Position numbers and translations under genes: made by a program. Under the pieces are notes generated by a model. It ran no database searches. It was not told the origin of the DNA and saw only the letters and a list, made by a program, of their open reading frames with translations. Positions 59,701-64,000 of a DNA stretch of 64,000 nt are shown piece after piece (within the stretch, counting starts at the first letter, position 1; each line of letters opens with the position of its first letter). This DNA is from Magallana gigas (lineage: Eukaryota): NCBI RefSeq assembly GCF_963853765.1, contig NC_088862.1:4526001-4590000 (forward strand). Reading direction: 5' to 3'.

Positions 59701-60614
59701 ACAGTTGTAAATGTATAAATTTATTTTAAAACCATAATAGTTTAAAAAAAGAAAATTCTCAGTGCATCCGAAAAACAAATGAGTGAGCACTAATTAAACT
59801 CTTTTTTTCTATCATAATTTTCCATAGTCCTCTGTGGGTCCGCACATTCCGGTTCAAGTCTACATGACCTATTGACCCCTTCCCCGGCCCTTTAAGTTAC
59901 ATTTGCGAGGTTTGGAAGTTTGCATTTTCTACATGACAATTTTCCAGAGGTTGGGTCCTGGTACCAATTGACCCCCCCCCCCCTTTAACTTTAAGTTACA
60001 CTGGTTACTGGTTAATTTTGGGGGAATCAAGTGAAGTCATACCCAAAATGACTCGTTTCGGACTCGTACCCAAACAAACTTGTATCGACCAATCCACACT
60101 TTAAAAAAGTTATGTCCCTTGGCCGATCCATTTCAGATGTGTAATTTGATTGCCCCAGGATATGGCAACCCACACATTGAAGAAATAAATTAAATTCAAG
60201 AGATTTTATCACAGATCGCTCAAATATTTGGTAGCATAAAGAAGAATAAAGATTGGTTTTTCCCTTTTGACCTTTCCGTTGACCCTGCAAAGGGAAACAA
60301 CTTTTGCAAAGTGTGGATTGGACTATTCAAGTGGTCCTGTCCTACCAAAAACTGTGTGGGTAATGTTAATAAAGGAAAAACTGATTAAATATCTGCCTAA
60401 GCCAGTTATTAAGCCGACAGCTGTTTGGTGAATTGAAGATCTTAAATTAAATTTTAACATTTAAGAATTAAGTCACAAAATATGAAAAAAGTATCTTAAT
60501 ATAAAATTTACAAAAATATTAAAACAACTTACTATTTGATCGTCCGAAGTTAGTGTATCTTGTAGTTGTACAACTACACGGGAGATTTGGACAGTCAACT
60601 TCTATGTCACCCAT
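56748..60614 (-). CDS. Effector-type caspase-like protein (peptidase C14A fold), ~410 aa, probably catalytically dead
   Basis: Minus-strand exons 60614-60533, 59386-59116, 58628-58345, 57983-57787, 57568-57436, 57013-56748 join in frame (1233 nt, all GT-AG). Caspase motifs: YKMDHRKIGRALVINN, CDCFVMVILSYG, KPKLFFMQ, IPTEADIL...STIPG, SWYIEGL, STLTKSLHF. The first exon (Kozak aatcATGG, GTAAGT donor) is the least certain. Confidence 0.88.
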
Positions 60615-60767
60615 GATTAATAGCGATGAAATATTCGATAAATTCTGATGTACGGTTCTTTAGTTCAGATAATATTAATATATATTCAATACAAGAAACT
60701 GGCCAATGATTACATTTGAAAACAATTTTAGCATAGAAATTTTCAAAAACGTAACCAGGTAACGTTT

Positions 60768-60779
60768 GAAAGCGAAAGT
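60768..60779. promoter_or_regulatory. IRF-binding element (IRF-E) upstream of the caspase-like gene
   Basis: GAAAGCGAAAGT matches G(A)AAA(G/C)(T/C)GAAA(G/C)(T/C); 154 bp 5' of the proposed ATG. Confidence 0.4.
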
Positions 60780-61645
60780 AGAATTACAATATACATATAC
60801 AATACGGCCCAACAACCCAATAGTTTCCCCCTTTAGTAGTTAAAACAGATCCACCTGAAGATTTTACATTATATTGATCAAAAACTTATCCAAATGCCCC
60901 TAAACAGACATACGTAGTTTCGTTTAATTTCGACATACGGAAGTTGTTCACGTCGGTACCAAGGCGTTTCGGCGCTAATACGTTTCGCCGCCCGCATCTT
61001 GATACGTAAACAACCGACGATGCGACAATCATACTTTTTTGAACGACTCTGTTCATTTGTTTATTTATACAAAATTCAAAACTTAAAAATACAGTCTGCG
61101 TTTAAATATTATATGAAGGGACTCCGGGCCGAGTAATTATATAAGATAAAAAATATTCAGAAATGAAAAGTAATTAATCAATCACGGATGAAAATCATTA
61201 GAGAATCATTGAGAATATCAAACTTCTATCATGGAGTGAAATTTGAGTTACTGTTATGTGTTCATAAATGTTCCTTTTCCTTTGTACAAGACACTGATTC
61301 ACTTCAGTAATTATTTTATTAAATCTTACTCCTCACCTTTGATTTAATTGACCCACTCATATTGAAATTTTACTCTCGTGGTTAAGTGCTAATTTCCATT
61401 GTTTTCAATTCTTATTTATATTTTGTTACACGCCATTGTCGGGAGAGAGGAATTAGGTTTCAGATTGTTCGGGTGTAGTTTTAGGATTCCCAGAAATCTC
61501 CCGTAACCGACCTAAAGTTTAAATAAAGCGTCATTTTACCAACTAGAGCATTTAGTCTTATTGTCGCCGGATATACAGAAACACCTTTTTTTTCGGTGAT
61601 ACTTCTTCCCAACCTTAGTTTTAAATATATCAAAGTTAATTAATT

Positions 61646-62290
61646 AATTCAATTCAATTCATTTATTGACAATTGCCTTGTCGGCATACAGTCATAAATA
61701 CATGTACGAGTTACATAAAACAAAAACATTAAACATAGCATGCAAAAGTTAAACATTAACTAACAAATCCACACTACAAATCTACAATGGACAAAACATT
61801 GGGTGAACAAAACTAGGTTTGTGCGAAGACTATTATTGGTATTCATGAAATTGTATAAGTGTTTGAACATTGTTGACTTTTCTTTCTAGCGTTGAAGCAG
61901 TTTTTTTTTTGTTTTTTTTAGAAAACAACATATCCTTCTAGCAGCTGTAATGCTTTTCGGATTGACAAGTTCCTTAATGGAATTGACATTTGTATATGTG
62001 TTCATATTTTAAAAAACATCATTATAATTCAATCTACATTGGTAATATTTTGAACAATACAATACGAAGTGTTTCTCATCTTTAATAAACAATTTGCAAA
62101 AATTACACAGACACTTTTCTCTTGGAATAGGAGGTATAAAATATCTAACAGTTTCAATAAATAATGAATGAGCACTGATTCTTAGTTTTGTTAGATTTCT
62201 CTTCTCTTTTTATTAGGTTTCAACACTTCTTTTAGAAACTACCAGTAAAAAAAATTGAAATAAGCTTTCACTGACTAGCTGTAAGCTGCA
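61646..62290 (-). mobile_element. Decayed 3' end of a non-LTR retrotransposon (L2/CR1-group-like ORF2 C-terminus)
   Basis: Minus frame 62200-62009 reads RNLTKLRISAHSLFIETVRY...CLCNFC...KDEKHFVLYCSKY, with an in-frame stop; tail aataaatgaa(ttgaa)n at ~61667-61646. Confidence 0.7.
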
Positions 62291-62957
62291 CAATAACAAA
62301 ACCGTGGACAGTGGATTTAGGATTTGAGGGGAAAATTTTAAAAAAAATCCTTTTTTAAAGATTTATATCTACATCTACTAAAAGTAAGTAATAAATAAAA
62401 AAATAAGTAATGTAGCACAAAATAAATCCACCCCAAAACAACTAAGAACATGTCTTCAAAATATAATTTTAAAAATGACCTTAATTCATATATCCTACAA
62501 TTAAATTACATGCAGGCGCGAATCAAGGAATTAATGTAGGGGGCGGCTGGGGTTTAAGATACCCCCTTTTAGGAAAAGTTCATCTTGAAATAAATGTACA
62601 AGTTAATTGATGAGCCATCCACTTTAAAAGATTTTTTTTTAAACAATCGTAAAGAATGATTTTGAAGGTCGATAATTATTATGATAGATACACGACCACG
62701 GATCGATGTCCCTCTTCCCTTTACTCGGGTTTAGGAATATTGAGGTTTGTCAGAGATGATTATTCATCAGAAGATTTTGAATTGAGGTAATAGATCTAGA
62801 AGGACTGTATGAAAAAAAAATTAATTTCATGCCCTTTAGAAGAAAAAAAGTGCCGAGATTTTTATGAAATCATGATATAAACTTCGGATGGTCTTGCTTT
62901 TTCTTGTTCCCTTTTCTAGTAATAAAAACAGGAGTGTGTGTATTTTTACATTCATGC

Positions 62958-63120
62958 TTAGGAGTTACAACACCGTATATGGATGTTACTCAAAAGTTAC
63001 AACACCATTTATAGAAGTTATTTAAGAGTTACAACACCGTATATATATGTTATTTAGGAGTTACAACGCCGTATATAGATGTTATTAAGGAGTTACAACG
63101 CTGTTTAATAGATGTTATTT
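62958..63120. repeat. 32-bp minisatellite x5
   Basis: agttacaa core at 62963, 62995, 63027, 63059 and 63091. Confidence 0.9.
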
Positions 63121-64000
63121 ATGTCTCTGATCCGCACATAGTAAACCGGAAAAATACGTAATATTCAAACGCTTTCATTAAAATCAATGTGAGTAATAGA
63201 CAGGTTTTAAAAAATCCATCGAATACCAAAGTATGTTTTATTACACGAAAAAAACCTTGTTAGATCTATATTACTTTTGTAGCAGAAAGAGCAACAGTCG
63301 GTAGAAAATGCTCAATGTATGCACTGGTCGAGGTATTTAATTGTACCGTGAAACAATTGTCACAAAAATAGATATATCCTATAAACTTTAAAATGATAAC
63401 ACTTAAGTCCATAGAGTATCTGTAAATCAACAGTAAAAATAGTGGAACAGGTTTGCTTGCCAATTCCTCTCCACAGTCTAGAAAGAAAAAAAAAACACCT
63501 GATACTTCAAGTACAGTTAAAAAATCTATAAAGATGCCGAAACATATCGGTGCTGAAAAGCCATGGTACCGAAACGGCCTTTGTTCTGAAGGCACACGGT
63601 AAATATAGTTTACATATGTTTACTTACGCCTACCCCCTCCCCCCATTTTATAATGATCAAATATTTATCCAGAAAATTCTCTATATTTGATTATACTTGC
63701 ATTTATTTTGAGACTTGTTTTTTACATGCTTTAAAGGTTTTAACAGAATATTTATTACTGTAGAGAGACTCGAGTTCTTATAGTTAAATACTAAATTTAC
63801 CCTACCTCAGTCAATTTCCGGCAAGTTAATTCCCTTGTGCTGGTGACTTGCAAGAAAAGTTCACATCAAACATGGTATTTGATTATACATATATATTTTC
63901 ATAGATTATTTAACAAGAACTTCATCGGTTGTTAGGCAATCACTTTGATTAATTCTTGTACTTTTGATGTTTAAATCTTGTTTTTAAACTTGAATTTCGT

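Noticed and set aside
60043-60284. Minus-strand segment with strong AG/GT signals inside caspase intron 1 (87-aa ORF)
   Set aside because: It is 242 nt and out of phase with its neighbours; inclusion gives an early stop. At most a poison exon, and unsupported.
63266-63595. 109-aa minus ORF near the window end
   Set aside because: No motif, no clear splice context, low-complexity composition.

Overview
AT-rich eukaryotic genomic DNA with spliceosomal introns and three N-gaps. It is probably from an oyster (Crassostrea/Magallana-like bivalve), inferred from a Helentron-type element carrying a ~166-bp HindIII satellite. Three protein-coding genes are supported. (1) A + strand ERG-subfamily voltage-gated K+ channel (KCNH2/seizure-like) spans 16477-49524 as 17 core exons: PAS, S1-S6 with GFG filter, C-linker/CNBHD, coiled coil and a C-terminal PDZ-type motif. 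Its first coding exon was not found and probably lies upstream of the window. (2) An intronless FkbM-family methyltransferase ORF with an N-terminal membrane anchor (52165-53091, +) sits on a short contig between two gaps. (3) A six-exon effector-caspase-like gene on the - strand (60614-56748) has a degenerate active site (SHG->SYG, QACRG->QLCPA, SWR->GWY) and a consensus IRF element upstream. The channel introns contain several unannotated frame-compatible candidate exons: a 51-nt micro-exon, an ERG1b-position exon and a duplicated acceptor giving a stop plus AATAAA. One channel intron is GC-AG. The rest is TE-derived (TA-flanked MITEs, TTAA Kolobok-type elements, a 3.1-kb CMC/EnSpm-like element, a Helentron/HINE, a tRNA-SINE, a LINE remnant), plus hairpins, minisatellites and microsatellites. 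Splice structures were assembled by eye from GT/AG signals, phase and remembered family motifs; no database searches were run.
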